A stretch of 64,000 nucleotides of DNA from Azolla caroliniana (Eukaryota > Plantae > Polypodiophyta). This document shows positions 1-13,147 of this stretch, one piece after another; positions within the stretch are counted from its first letter, which is position 1, and each line of letters begins with the position of its first letter. The stretch spans positions 22,196,001-22,260,000 of the forward strand of contig JBHGNT010000005.1 of the NCBI GenBank assembly GCA_043228905.1, written 5' to 3'. Position numbers and translations under genes: made by a program. The notes below the pieces were generated by a model. The model had not been told where the DNA came from and searched no databases. It was given only the letters and a program-made list of their open reading frames with translations.

Positions 1-30
1 TCTCCTTTGTTAATACAATCTACCTTGCGT

Positions 31-113
<83 letters not shown>

Positions 114-171
114 TACGCACATAACACACATCTATTCCGCTTCACAAGAATCCATCTCTTGATTCTTTACA
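1..171 (+). mobile_element. 3' part of a copia-type LTR (ends ...GATTCTTTACA), probably belonging to a related element nested in the gag of the element at 172-5584
   Basis: Same layout as the LTR at 5220-5584 ((CT)n(CA)n, TTCCGCT-CA-AGAATC, GATTCTTTA[C/T]A) but clearly diverged from it. Its CA end abuts mid-gag coding sequence (..ac aat aaa ATG GTA CAG ATT TGC = MVQICLGGL). Confidence 0.6.
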
Positions 172-1301
172 ACAATAAAATGGTACAGATTTGCCTCGGA
201 GGCTTAACACCTAAGTTCGGAGTCATTCGGTCAACAATCCTCGCAAGGGAAAATCCTCCCTCCTTCGATTTCTAGTCGATGTTTCTGGTCGAGGAGAATC
301 ATGTTTGAACAAAAAGCAATGTGCAAGAAGGACAAATACTCTATTTGAACTTCGATGGAGGAAGAGGACAAGGTCATGGAAGAAGAGGTTGATTCAGCCA
401 AAGCCAACACAACCAAGAGCAACCCCGAGAACATAATTTGTACTACCGACCAGACGTTTCGAACGCGCGAGGCGGAGCGTTTGGAAGAAGGGGGAGCAAT
501 CATGTTGGACCCATCCGACAAAACAATCCTGCCCAATGAAGACACTGTGGTAAATTCAGCCACTATGCAGCAAAGTGTCGGAAAAAGAAGAGTGAGTCAG
601 CCTCCACAAGCCAACAACTCACAAACTACACTTCCAACTCCAACTACGACAATCGCGGCGGAATGTTTGTGATGAGGCATAGCGCGAACTCGATGACAAC
701 CTCCAACCCGACCAACACCTCCAAACCAAAAGATGTATGGTTTGTCGACTCAAGCGCATCCAACCACATGACGTCTCATGAGGATTGGTTCCGAGATCTA
801 CAAAAGCCCAAATGGCCCAGCTATGTGGAAACTGGGAATGACACAATCCACCCCATTTAGCATGTTGGCAATGTCCCATTTGGGGAAGAAGGCAACCAAG
901 CCTACATTAAGAATGGTCTACATGCTCCTACAATAACAAAGAACTTGGTCTCACTTGGCCAGATAGTCAAACAAGGCATGCAAGTCTGCGTCAACGATGG
1001 AGGATGCTTCATCAAAAAAGAAGGTTGACTTATCGTTCACGGTCAGAGAGAAGGTCAGATGTTCATCCTCGACTCTCACGAGATGAAATCGGAAATGTAT
1101 GCCAAGGGCCAGAAAGCCAACGCCGACATAGAGTTGTGGCACAAGAGGATAGGCCACATCAACCTCCAAAAGCTCAAAGGAATGCAGTTGAAAGGAAGCG
1201 TCGTCGGACTCCCGACTTTCACCAAAAAGGGATTGTATGCGTGTGCAAAGCTTGTTAATTCGCAAATAGCACTGACAACCATTCCCAAAGGAGAGGAACG
1301 T

Positions 1302-2525
1302 TGTCATGAAAAATCCGTCATTATGTGTGGATTGTGAGGCGGAACTGCAGGGGTCTGTCCTAGACCTGAAGGATTCGAAGTTTGTACTAGCTTTAGTGAG
1401 AAAGTATTTAAGATAGATTGAGGGAGATTGATATGGAGAGAGAGAGATTGAGATAAAGATTGAACACTTGCCTTTAGATTTGAGAGACAAGATACATCAC
1501 CATTAGGATAACTTGATTTATTCTTATTATTTGTACTAATTTCTTCCCAATTTTTTCATTAGCCCCATCTTGCTTGACCTCCATTCTTTTATAGATCCCC
1601 CCATGCATATGATGCATGGGAGGGTGCAAGACATGCACGTAATGCATGAAATGCATGCGATGCATGTTTGCCATGTCACTCATCCAAGCTCTCATGTATG
1701 AGATTTTACATATGAAAAGTACAATGATAAAAGTATGACTCTAAAGTCATGACTTAGCTTAGTGGTAAGTCATGTGGCTCTTATGTAGGAGGTGCAAGTT
1801 TCAAATTCTTACTTACACCCCCGTAAACACAAAATTTTACAAGGCTTTAGTCTTGTATTTACAAATGTTTAACTGCATATTACACCTTCAGTAGACCTCC
1901 AATGAACTGATGGAACCGTTAGACAATTTTGTTCGTTTCACACCGAAAAATCTTCAAGACACCGTGCGTCGCGATCAACCTATTCGACCGATCCGTCTGT
2001 CGGTCCCGACCAGTTCGATCCGCATCCGATCCGCATTCCATCCGGTCCGTTCTGGTTTCGTCGTCGTCCACCCGTTCCGGTTCCGGTTCCGTCGTTGACT
2101 GTCCGGTCCAGTTCTTCAAAACCATTACAAGTAGTTAAGCCACATCCATCCATCCGAATAGTTTAGCCCAAGTCACCTTGAACATTTTGTGCTTCACACA
2201 TAGACAAAAAGTAATAAGTTTTGGCTCTGCTTATATACTGTAGGATCCTGATTTGTCCTATCTATGTGGGATATCTCATACATTTGTTTTTCTCTTCTTC
2301 TTCTCAAACTTCACACTCACATAACTTGACATTTAGTTGTTTGTTTCAAATGTAGTAAAGTACATTTGGAAGCTCTTGAAGACGTCCATCTTTTCGTACC
2401 AAGATATTAAACTAATAATAAAATAGTATCTTCACTATTATTGTTTCATATTGTGTGTGAAGAACCACACTTGATTTTGTACATTCCATGCAATTTTCAC
2501 ACCGTTGCCGAAAATCTTCACGACA
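1302..2525 (-). mobile_element. 1.22-kb TG...CA insertion (solo LTR, probably Ty3/gypsy-type) nested in the copia integrase region
   Basis: Ends TGTCATGAA...TTCACGACA (9-bp imperfect IR). ACGT is duplicated at 1298-1301 and 2526-2529. Removing the insert plus one ACGT restores gag agg aac gta agc aaa ggg = ERNVSKGILDV. A TATA-like CTATAAAAAG on the - strand near 1586-1595 gives the orientation. Confidence 0.85.
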
Positions 2526-5219
2526 ACGTAAGCAAAGGGATCTTGGATGTAACATTTAGGTGTATGGGGACGAGCCCAAATGGAAACATTCGGTGGTTGT
2601 TGGTACTACGTAATGTTCATTGACTACTTCTCCAGACATACTTGGATTTATCGCATGTGTCAGAAAAGTGAAGTGTTCTTGCACTTCTAGAAATTCAAGA
2701 ATGAAGTCGAAAGGGCAACCAACAGTCATGTATGATGCCTTCGATCGACGGCGGCAAACAGTACTTCTCTGACGCCTTTACCGCATACCTTTGATAAGAA
2801 GGAATCCAACGGGAGTTTACTTGCTGACACACACCTCAACGGAACAGAGTAGCTGAACGCAAGAACCAACACATACTCAAGGTGGCAAGGGAACGAGAAA
2901 CATTTGTCAAAATCATATTGGGTAGAAGCGGCGAATACGGAAATCAATTTGATGAATCGTTTCACAACATCAGGAGTGCACGATGTTACCCTCTATGAAA
3001 AGTTATATAGGAAGAAACCGGATCTATCCCACGTCAGGATATTCGGTTCAATAGCATATGTACATATTCCCGACGAGAAGCAATAGAAACTCGATCCCAA
3101 GTCGGAGAAATGTATACTCGTAGGGTCCTCGCTCGAGCAAAAAGGGTATAAGTGCTTCAACCCTTCCACCAAGAAGGTACGAGTGAGTAGGGATGTAGTA
3201 TTCAACGAGTCGGCATCCTGGTATATAGTTGAATCATCCCTATCCGACACAGTCGAAACCGAGTTCGACACAGATGCAAAGGAGGTTGATCAACCGAGGC
3301 CCATATCAGAGGAAACTCCAATCTCAACCAAGTTGAGTGGACCACAAGAGCCTCCAAGCGACCAAAGCACGTCCCGACCAAGTCCGAAGACGGATACCAA
3401 AGGTAAGGCCAAAATTCCTGAGATGGAAATGAATTGACTCACTCACACGACAGTGAGCATGGTAGAGTAGATGTGCCCATCATGAGAACACCAGGAGCAC
3501 CATGTAGCTCCACCCGAGAAAAGAACGTAGTCAGTCGATTCAACTACAACGACTACATGGCATATCATTATGCATTCATGATGAAGGTGGCCACAATCCG
3601 AGAACTAGAAAGCTTTTCTGAAGTCGCAAATGGGTCGAAGTGATGAATGAGGAGATGCAAGCACTCTCCAAGAACGAGACATGGGATCTCGTCCCTTCTT
3701 CACACCACCAAAAGACAATTGGATGATGTCGGTGGATCTTCAAAGTGAAGCACAACATCCACAACATTGTCAATCGGTGCAAGGCCCGACTTGTGGCGAA
3801 GGGCTATGCACAAACACACGGTGTCGATTACGAAGAGACCTTTGCCCCGGTGGCAAAGATGACTACAATTCGAACTGTGATCACGATTGCAGCATCAAAA
3901 GGGTGGCACCTCCACCAAATGGACGTGAAGAACGCCTTCCTCCAAGGCGAGCTAGAAGAGGAGGTGTACATGATACAGCCGCCTAAATTCGGGTCAATTA
4001 CGCATCTGACTGTTGTCTACTGACTCAAAAAGCCTCTCTACGGTCTCAAGCAAGCATCGAGAGCATGGCATTCGAAGATAACACAATATCTTTACCAAAT
4101 CGGAGTTCGAATGTCCAAGTCCGACAATTCTCTATTCATTCAGAATGACTCCAAAGGATAGTTATTGATCATAATTTATGTGGACGATCTAGTCATTGGA
4201 GGAGAGCACCTCGGGGACATCCAACATACCAAAAGCCTACTCTCCAGCTGATTCAAAATGAAAGACATGAAGGAGATTCATTATTTTTTACAAATAGAAG
4301 TAATTCGGACTCTTGACGGCATCATGTTTTCTCAAAGGCATTATATCCTCAATCTTCTCTACAAGTTTGGGATGACACAATGTAAGCCTGTCACTACCCC
4401 TCTTGATTGAAATCTAAAGCTAGATGTTGATTCAGGCAGAAGAGGGTGTGAGCCGACGCTCTATCATTAGCTAGTCGAAAGCCTCATCTACCTCGCAATT
4501 TCCCAACTCGACTGAGTTACCCGGTCGGCCTCCTTAGCCAGTTCATGCAAAATTTGCGAGACATCCATCTCGATTGTGCTAAGCGAGTGCTAAGGTATGT
4601 GAGTGGAACGATGGACTTCGACATCCTCTACAAATTGGCCACACCGATACGACTCGAAGGGTACACCAATGCTGATTGGGCCGACTACGAAGGCGACAGA
4701 TGATCAACCTCAGGGTTCATCTTCTCCCTCGACAGCAGAGTCATCTCCTAGAGCAGCAAAAAGCAGCCGACAGTCGCACTATTGAGCATTGAAGCCGAAT
4801 ACAGGGGTGCGGCCGTCGCCACATGTGAAGCTGTTTGGCTCAAGAGAATCTTGAAGGATTTGGGTGTTCCCATCAAGGATCTGATTCTCGTCTACTACGA
4901 CAACATGAGCAGTATTCACCTTGTTGGGAACCCAATCTTCCACGCTCGGACTAAGCACATTGAGGTGCACTACCATTTCATCCGAGAACATTTCCTGGCC
5001 GGATATATCAACCTACAGCACATAAGTACGACCCTACACACGACCGACATCTTCATGAAGGCACTCGGAGTCAACAACCTGCAGTAGTTCACGATGAACC
5101 TAGGTCTTTTGACCGTCAACCATCCGAGCTTGAGGGGGAGCCGAACTCGGAGTCGAGCCGACCTAAAGACCAATCTGAACCCAACCATCCAACGACCGAA
5201 ATTTGTGTTTGAAGGGGCA

Positions 5220-5489
5220 TGTTGAGAATCAAACTCAACTTCCTATGTGTGGGAACACACTCTAGGATACTCAACCTCCTTGTATAGTAACTAGTGTGTC
5301 ATAGAAGTTAATATCCTACGACACATATTCTTTAAGTAGTTAAGACTCGACCTCTTTCCCAAGAGGTGCGTCTAGTGAGAGAATCTAGAGACAAGGTGAC
5401 TACATAAGCACCTTCTCCGTCTCTTTGTAGCTGTCGGTCATTCTTGTTTCCCTGTAATACATGCAATTTTCTATTTTTTTATAAACTTG

Positions 5490-5540
<51 letters not shown>

Positions 5541-5584
5541 TACACAATTCTTCCGCTGCATAGAATCATCGCCGATTCTTTATA
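5220..5584 (+). repeat. 3' LTR of the copia element
   Basis: Polypurine tract GAAGGGG immediately before TGTTGAGA; ends GATTCTTTATA (CA mutated to TA); internal (CT)n(CA)n. Confidence 0.8.
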
Positions 5585-5774
5585 GATATATTACCATTTT
5601 GTTTTAATAACAAACAAATTAAGGTGAAGGATGGAACTCACGACCACAAACCGATGTCGACCACAACCTCTTCACTTTCCCTACTATGCAGAAAGCTACC
5701 AATGAAGAGAAACATATCATTTACATGGCGAAGTGAGGCCTAGCCCATGCCAAGGATCAAACTTGGAATCTCTC

Positions 5775-5812
<38 letters not shown>

Positions 5813-6799
5813 ACACACACACACACAGAGGCCAATATTGATCATGAGGTTGGAGTACATAAAATTTCTTGATGAATGTCTTTTGAAGCATTAAGTCTCC
5901 ATGTGTGAAGAAGACATGCATACGAGCTCAACTTTCTAGATAGTCTCTCAAGTGTGACAAGTAAGTTATCAACCCCTCTTAATATGAGATCATTTTCACG
6001 AATTGCATGATATGTTGACCATGTAAAAAGAAAGTGATATTCATCCTATGCGAGACATTTTTCACATACCTTGTCTTTATATTTTATGCATTTTGATTCC
6101 ATAATGCAACTTCAATACCTAGCTTGTATGATTGAGAGTGGAAAAGTGTAAGGGTTGGATGAGCCTTAATTCTCATGTTAGTAATGAGATAAGGTTAAAT
6201 ACAATCAATAAGCATTATTGCATAATATTGAACCTATCATTCAAGGTTGATATTTGTAATGTAATATTTACTTTTGGAGGTGTGAAAGCAAGCTACAACA
6301 TAACAAAAAATGTACTCATGCTTTTGGCTCAAAATAAAATGGCAACTTTGTATTTAGTTAGTATTGATCAAATGTAAAATTTGACATTTAGAAAAGAAAA
6401 ATCTTTAAGGGAGTGGAGTGGAGATACTACAAAGGCCATTAAAGAAACAAAATGGGGGAAAATGGTTTAATGATTATGTTACCATTTTGGGGCCAATATA
6501 ACCTCACACTAGTAAAAGTGTACACATATTACCATTTTTAACTTTTCTTTCCTTTTCACTTTGTGCATGCAATAAGTGTTGTCTTCAGCAAACCAGTTTA
6601 TGGTTTATATAGGGTTTCTCTATGCATTTGTGGTTTTACATTTATATAGGATTTTTCCAGTGTCCTTTCTCTTTCTCTTTGAATTAAGGGTATATTTAAT
6701 AAGGGCATTTCTCACATGGTTTAAGATTTAGGGTCTCAATCATTTCTCTTTATATGGAAGGTTTAATGCATCACATTTTTCATCTCCTCTAGGGTTTTG

Positions 6800-8140
6800 G
6801 ACATGCCTTTCTCAAGGGTTTATCAACACAGTGCATTTCTTTCTCAACTTGTCATAAAAGACGTTAACTCTTACCATTCCACTTTACTCCATGGAACTTT
6901 CAAAGGAGAGAATACTTATATTCATAAGTTGTTCCAAAAGCCATCTCTTTATGAAAAGAAGTATTTCTTTACTCAACTAGATATACTTCTAGCATCTTCC
7001 AACTTCTTCTTTGGTTGTTCCATTAACCTTTCCTCATGAATAACTACAAAAATTGCATTGCATGACTTCAAAGTTTTAAAAGATCTTTGACCCTCCACCT
7101 TTTGAACCATGTTTTTATGTCAAAAACACAATTGGTTGAGAGAATTTTGATATTATGAATCGTTTGTAGCTTACATCCAACGTTCCAAGCAACATGTGGT
7201 AATCTAGGATTTAGCAGATTTATTCTTTTGTAATGTATCCATTTACTGTGTAGTATCAACATCTTTATGGGTTGAACACCTATTTCCAAGACCATAACTT
7301 GATAGGAGGTGGTGGATTCAACTCTCAATTGTCTCTTGGAAAACATATTTTGAATATTCTTAATTTCTACATTACCATCATCTTTGCTTTATCAACAATC
7401 ATAGTTTGTCCACTACTTAGCCAAAAAGCTTCTAACACTCCATGTAAATGTTGCATAACATCAACATCATATGAAAAGAGAACCACATCTTCAATATATA
7501 AAAACAATACTATAGGTCCTTGCATAAGTTTTTGAGGATCTCATCCTTCTTCTCTAGCAACCCTATTCACCACCTCTTCGTCTTTTTTCAATGCAAAAAC
7601 CAATAAGTGTGGGTGATAGTGGGAACCTTGATTAACCTCAATGTTACTTAAAAAACTTTATGAGAATCCATTGTCTATTTTTAGTTGGCATTTAAATTGC
7701 TCATATAATCATGCAATAGCAACTTAATACGCTAACTCTGCGCCAATTTCCACCATTCTATTCCAAAGGTCACTTCGTGATACTACATCAAAAGCTTTTT
7801 TGAAATCAACAAAACAACAATAGAATGTTTTTCCTTCTAGTCAATTTTTCCATAATTACTCTTAATGTAACCAAATGATCTATAATTGAGTGTTTTGGTC
7901 TAAAAGCTAATTGGCTAAGTGTTTCATTGTTTCTACCTTCAACATATGTATACAATTTGCCTTTTGCTCCATGATAGTGCTACACAAATTCGCAATAGTT
8001 TAGCTGATGGTGATTGAGAGGGTTATCTAATACTTTCTTCTTATATCTTGTTTTGAATATTGACTTAATCCAATTCATGAGTCAACCAACTTACTAAACC
8101 TTGTTTAACAACTTGTTTTAAAATAGTCATTGTCCAATAA
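6800..8140 (-). mobile_element. Decayed non-LTR retrotransposon (LINE, RTE/L1-type) reverse transcriptase remnant
   Basis: Minus-strand translation gives SQLAFRPKHSIIDHLVTLRVIMEK, FYCCFVDFKKAFDVVSR and a frameshifted NQG.PLSPTLIGFCI, which are LINE RT motifs in the expected order. Boundaries approximate. Confidence 0.8.
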
Positions 8141-8327
8141 TGAGTACATGGCCTTGTCCATTTTATTGTGTGTGTGAGAGAGAACAATGTTTTTCTTTTG
8201 CTTTTTGCTTTTGGGGTGGCGATAACCCGCATTTAATGACTGGATCTATGATAGCCATTACCCATTAGCTAGTACATGGCCTTGTTCATTTTAGTTGAGA
8301 GGGAGAGAACAATTTTGTTTTTTTTGT

Positions 8328-8379
<52 letters not shown>

Positions 8380-9649
8380 AGGGGGATAAAAGTGGAGTGT
8401 ATCCCTAGAGGGTCCCTATTATTATTATGAAGAATGGCAATGCCATGAATAGCCCAATATTCTCTATATCATAAGAACGATTAAATAGTTTCTTCCAATC
8501 ATTCAACTTTTTTCCTATGCAATGGACATTAAATTGCATCCCATTGAAAGATTACATACTTGATATAGAGTTTAGGAAACCCTTCATCGCACATTTGTTT
8601 CCCTTGTGTGTATGTGTGTGTGCGTGCATGTGTGTTTGGGGGGAGGGAGGGATCTTATAAATTTTATGTATTATGAACCCAATTTCATTTCAACAAAAAT
8701 GAGAAAATGTAAGAAGGCTAATTTTGATAGATACCTTTGCGATTCATCCCTTTCAATATTTCTACCTTGCGTAACATTGCGTTTGCTCTTCATTTATCTA
8801 TGAGCCAATGAATATATGATTTCCTCGATATATAAGCATTTCCTTATGATCAAATAGTGCCGAAGTCGATGTTTTTTTTTTTTCAAAATGAAGCTACTTT
8901 CCCATTAGTTAGGAAGGATTATTACATAGAGAGTCTACAAGGAGACTTATACACACATCGGGGAGTCTTCCTCCGATCAAGTAAAAGAAGATCAGCCTCT
9001 AAACATCTTATCATCCTCCATAACATCATTCCTTTGGATCACGTTTTGTGGGTCTTTATTTACTTTGAAGGAAGCAAAGGTGTTTGGTATTATGTGTTTG
9101 TTCCGTTTAGTCTTTCTATGACAACATTATTTGTGTTTGTTTATTCACCCCAACTAATGTTTTTCTTTTGCCCAAGGTCAAGATGTTGTTGCAAACGTCA
9201 TTCATGAATTCACATGAAAAATGACATCTCTTATATAAATCTGAGTGGCATATCCATCTAGGTAACTTTGGTCGACATTAAAAACCTATAAAGTATAGTG
9301 TCCTTAATAATAAAAAGGACTAACAATGAGGGCAAGGATGTTTTATGCCTTGCTTGTTGATCACGTGGAAAAAGATTAATATCTAATCATTTTTTAGGTT
9401 TGTGGTTGTGTTATCATAACATTTTTTGATGAGACAAAGTTTTAAATAATAATTTTCCATTATTTTCAATCTCGTGAATCCTTATGGAATTTTTGGTACA
9501 AAGTTAAGATTAGTAACATAAAATGCTTGTCATTATCATGTTCTAATACCAAATCCCATACCCCAAGTTAAATATAATCTCAATGAAGAAACTATATGAT
9601 GATGACTGAACCCGAGGGAAGTATTCTGCAATTAAATTCGAAATAGTTC

Positions 9650-11070
9650 CTATGGAAACGTCTCATACATGCGCTTTGCAATATGAGGTTGCAGGCGAAT
9701 GTATGAGAAAAAGAGAAGTTTGTTTTTTATGGAGATTAAAAAGAGGCTTACACTTTTTAGAGGTGTGATCATGGGCACACTAGGAATTAGATCCGGTTTT
9801 GTGGCTTACAATTAAAGGTTGCACAAAAAAGCCATACAAGTTACTTTCACTTACATGAGATGATGATATCAACTTACAAAATGGTTAAAACTATAGCAGA
9901 TACCTATAATGTAAACTCAAAGATCCTTAAAGCACATATACATTGTAAAAAATCAACAACGGGGAGGATAAGGAACCAAATTCAGGTGTGTGTGTGTGTG
10001 TGTGTGTGTACTCTCATAACAAATGTGATCTCTACATGAATAAAGAATTGTCGAATCAACAAACGCCATCAAGCTCCATTATTAGCACATGTCTACAACT
10101 AGCATACAACATTACACAAATCACAAGTCATTAATGACAATCAATATGGTCATGTTTGGTAACTTATACACTTCTTAGTACATTAGGATAGTCACTAAAC
10201 AATATCAAAGAATATAACTTATCATTAGAAGTTCATTACATAATATAGTGTTTATACATGATTGCTACAAACATAAAATGGAACTTGAACTTCTCCTTAC
10301 ATAGACTAGAAAATCACTAGAAAAAGGAAATGGAAGTAGTAATGTGCATGTATAGCAAGCAAACTTTGTGGTTGATAAAGATTAGTTTCAATTGTTGAAG
10401 TTTGGAGACACATTTCCTTGTTACTCATTACAGATAATGGGTTATGAGAGGTGCTTGAGCTAATATGTTGTTAAAAAATACAATTTTATGTGAATTGCTT
10501 CCAAAATCATTAACCATATAGATTGATAACTTTGAGCAATATCATATTGTGTAAATCATGTTGTCAACGATAACAAGGACTGTCTCCTTCATACTGCAAT
10601 CATCAATGTCATGATTTATAGGACATAATAATATTTAGGAGCACAATATCCAAAGGTGTTTGACCTATTTGGTAAAATTGTTGGATTTCACATAATGACA
10701 TGCGTGAATTTGTTCACTATAGATTGTGTCAACAACTTATCATTAGCTAATGCGTGTCTACACCTGAATGAGTCTCTTGTATTAGTGGCGTAAACATAAG
10801 AGGTATAGTTGGGAGCATGTAAGTGTGTTGAAGCTAAGGGTAACTATGCCAGACATGATGTAGTTTTTTACGGTTATTACTAAAGTATGAAAGATGGGAA
10901 ACATCCACTACATGTGGCATTATATGATATGATTCACATCATAGTACGAAGTGCTCTTCATCCTTGCTCGACCGTTCACACCTACATTTGATACTAGTGT
11001 AAAAAAGGTACTAATCATATGGAGTTTATGAAGGATTTATATTTGTTCAACTCTCAAGAGTTAATTATTT
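9650..11070 (+). pseudogene. Possible very decayed PPR pseudogene
   Basis: Scattered PPR-like peptides (LHKKAIQ..FTYM, ILKA, MYSK, NVMI, KVFDLFG, LSLANACLHL, ALYDM, YEG.YLFNS) with no open frame. Confidence 0.25.
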
Positions 11071-13147
11071 AAATAATAATAATTGCATCATATACGTAGA
11101 CTTCCTTTACTTCTAGTAAACCAAGATTCGTTCGATATAAATGATATCCCAAAAATTGTTTGATATGATCAACATCATTTGACCCGACTTTAACAAGCAT
11201 GACCAATAACAATTATTGAAAGTCGCAAGACTTTGGGATACCAATGATCAATTATTGGAAGCTTGTTAGTTAAAACTCTTGAGTTAACGCGCATATTTGT
11301 TTTAAGGGAAGAATATATGATAGATTAGTCAACATGATTGTACATTGCATAATGAAGACATACACAAACCAATTAGTCAACTCAATGGCTAGTTAGCAAA
11401 CTCGAAGCTTCACCGAAGAACAATCAAAGAAGAGAAATAATTACATTGTCATGATTGCCTAGAGGGCCTCTTACCTAGCAGAGGACCCATTACTCAATCA
11501 ATGTCACGCGCGCACCTCCACTTCCCAAAAGGACCCATTACTCGAAACAAAAAGGTTGCGAGAAAAAGGAAGAGCAGTTACCACGAGGCTAAAAGTCATA
11601 TGCTTAAAAATGTCTTGCATAATCAATTTTAAGATAAAGGCCAAACGGATGGGATGCCGAGTGTCAAGAACTCGAACTCTAGGACACCTCACGCGACTCG
11701 AACGTTCTCCTCATACGAAATCCATAAAAGAGTCCACATCGATAGTTTTTTTTTGTCCTTGGTGTGAATAGGTTTGTATACAGTAGTTCTATGTTGTTAA
11801 ATCGCCGACAAAGTCCGATAGTTTTGTTCCGACAATGATACAACGTGCCCCTCACCCCCCCCCCCCCCCCCCCCCAAAGGCGAGGTATTGTGGATAGGTC
11901 CCCGGAGGAGACAAGATGAAGAAATTGTGACCGTTAAGCCGTTAAGCCGCGGTTTCGTGGTTCGGTTCGGTTCAAACCGAACCGTCGCCGATCGTGACAC
12001 ACACACAAGAAACAGGACAGGCAGAGAGAGAGAGAGAAAACAGAGAGTGAGAAACAGAGACAGACAGCGAGAGAGAAGAGAGAGACAGAGAAACAGAGAA
12101 AAGAGAGAGACAGAGAGACACAGAGACACAGAGAGAGAAGAGAGAGAGATTTGGCAGTTTCTCGTGGTCAAGTGAACTCCATCAGTCGTTAAATCCACAG
12201 CAACTTGTTAGGAGAGAGAAGAGAGAGACAGACACAGACAGAGAAACAGACACAGAGGTTAGAGAGAGAGAAGAGAGAGAAGAGAGAGAGACCCACTTTA
12301 TCCATCTCCTCCCCTCACCTTGACAGGAAGTTTTCTCTTTCTTCAAGTCTCTGCAAGAGAAGAGAGAAAAAAAAGAAAGGAAAAAACAAAAGTCCTTTTA
12401 ATCAGGAGCATTTTTTCCTGGCAAATCACATACAGAGAGACAGACAGACTTTTGTGACAGACAGAGATGGAGGAAGCAGAGATATAAGAGAGAAGGAACT
12501 GAGAAAGGGTTTCAATGTAGACTCACAGACACAGAGATATAAGAGAGAAGAAGAGCTCTCTCTGTAGAAGAAGAGATATATATATAGAGACTGTTTTTCC
12601 TTTCCCTTTTCCTTTCTGTTTCTATTATTTGTCTCAGAGGGAGAAAAAGAAGAAGAACAGTTTCTTTTTCTTTTTGGGTTCCTCTTTAATCTTCTTTCCT
12701 TCTTCGTCTTTGTCTCTGCTCTGTTCTTCATTCATTCTACTTCTCTCTCTCTCTCTCTCTATCTCCATAGCTAATCTTGTAACCCTTTCTCCTCATCCTT
12801 CATAATTCTATTTTCTGGATTTCCCTTTTCACTCAGGTTTTTATACCTTTCCTTCTCTCTTTTTCTTCATCTGTGTGCCCTCATCACACTATTGGTTTCT
12901 CGTTTTTCCTCTCTTTTCCTCTCATTTCTCTCTTCTTTTTTGTCGTCTTCCTTCAATTCAGTAAATGCTAAGCCCTCCAAGCTTCCATTGCTTCCTAATT
13001 TCCTTTCTTTTCCCTACCATTTTTTCATACCTCGTGATGAGCATTTCTTAGCCTCAAAGCCTCCATTGTTTAGTGATCTCGTTCTAGATCATCCCACTTT
13101 TGTACAGAAATTTGATTACAGTATAATTATTTGTATTAATTACATAT

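Larger units (their letters stand above)
172..5584 (+). mobile_element. Decayed Ty1/copia LTR retrotransposon (partial gag, protease, integrase, RT, RNase H, 3' LTR)
   Basis: Gag MVQICLGGL and knuckle CGKFSHYAAKC; protease WFVDSSASNHMT; GAG-pre-integrase LWHKRIGHIN; integrase YWVEAANT/FGSIAYVHIP; [38 protein letters not shown]; RNase H EAEYR..RTKHIEVHYHFIRE. Copia domain order, with many stops and frameshifts. Confidence 0.95.

Noticed and set aside
181-190. TGGTACAGAT as a tRNA-Met primer-binding site
   Set aside because: It is in-frame gag coding sequence (MVQICLGG) and lies 9 nt, not 1-3 nt, from the LTR end.
11797-12731. Arg/Glu-rich and Leu/Ser-rich ORFs
   Set aside because: Translations of GA/GACA microsatellite mosaics.
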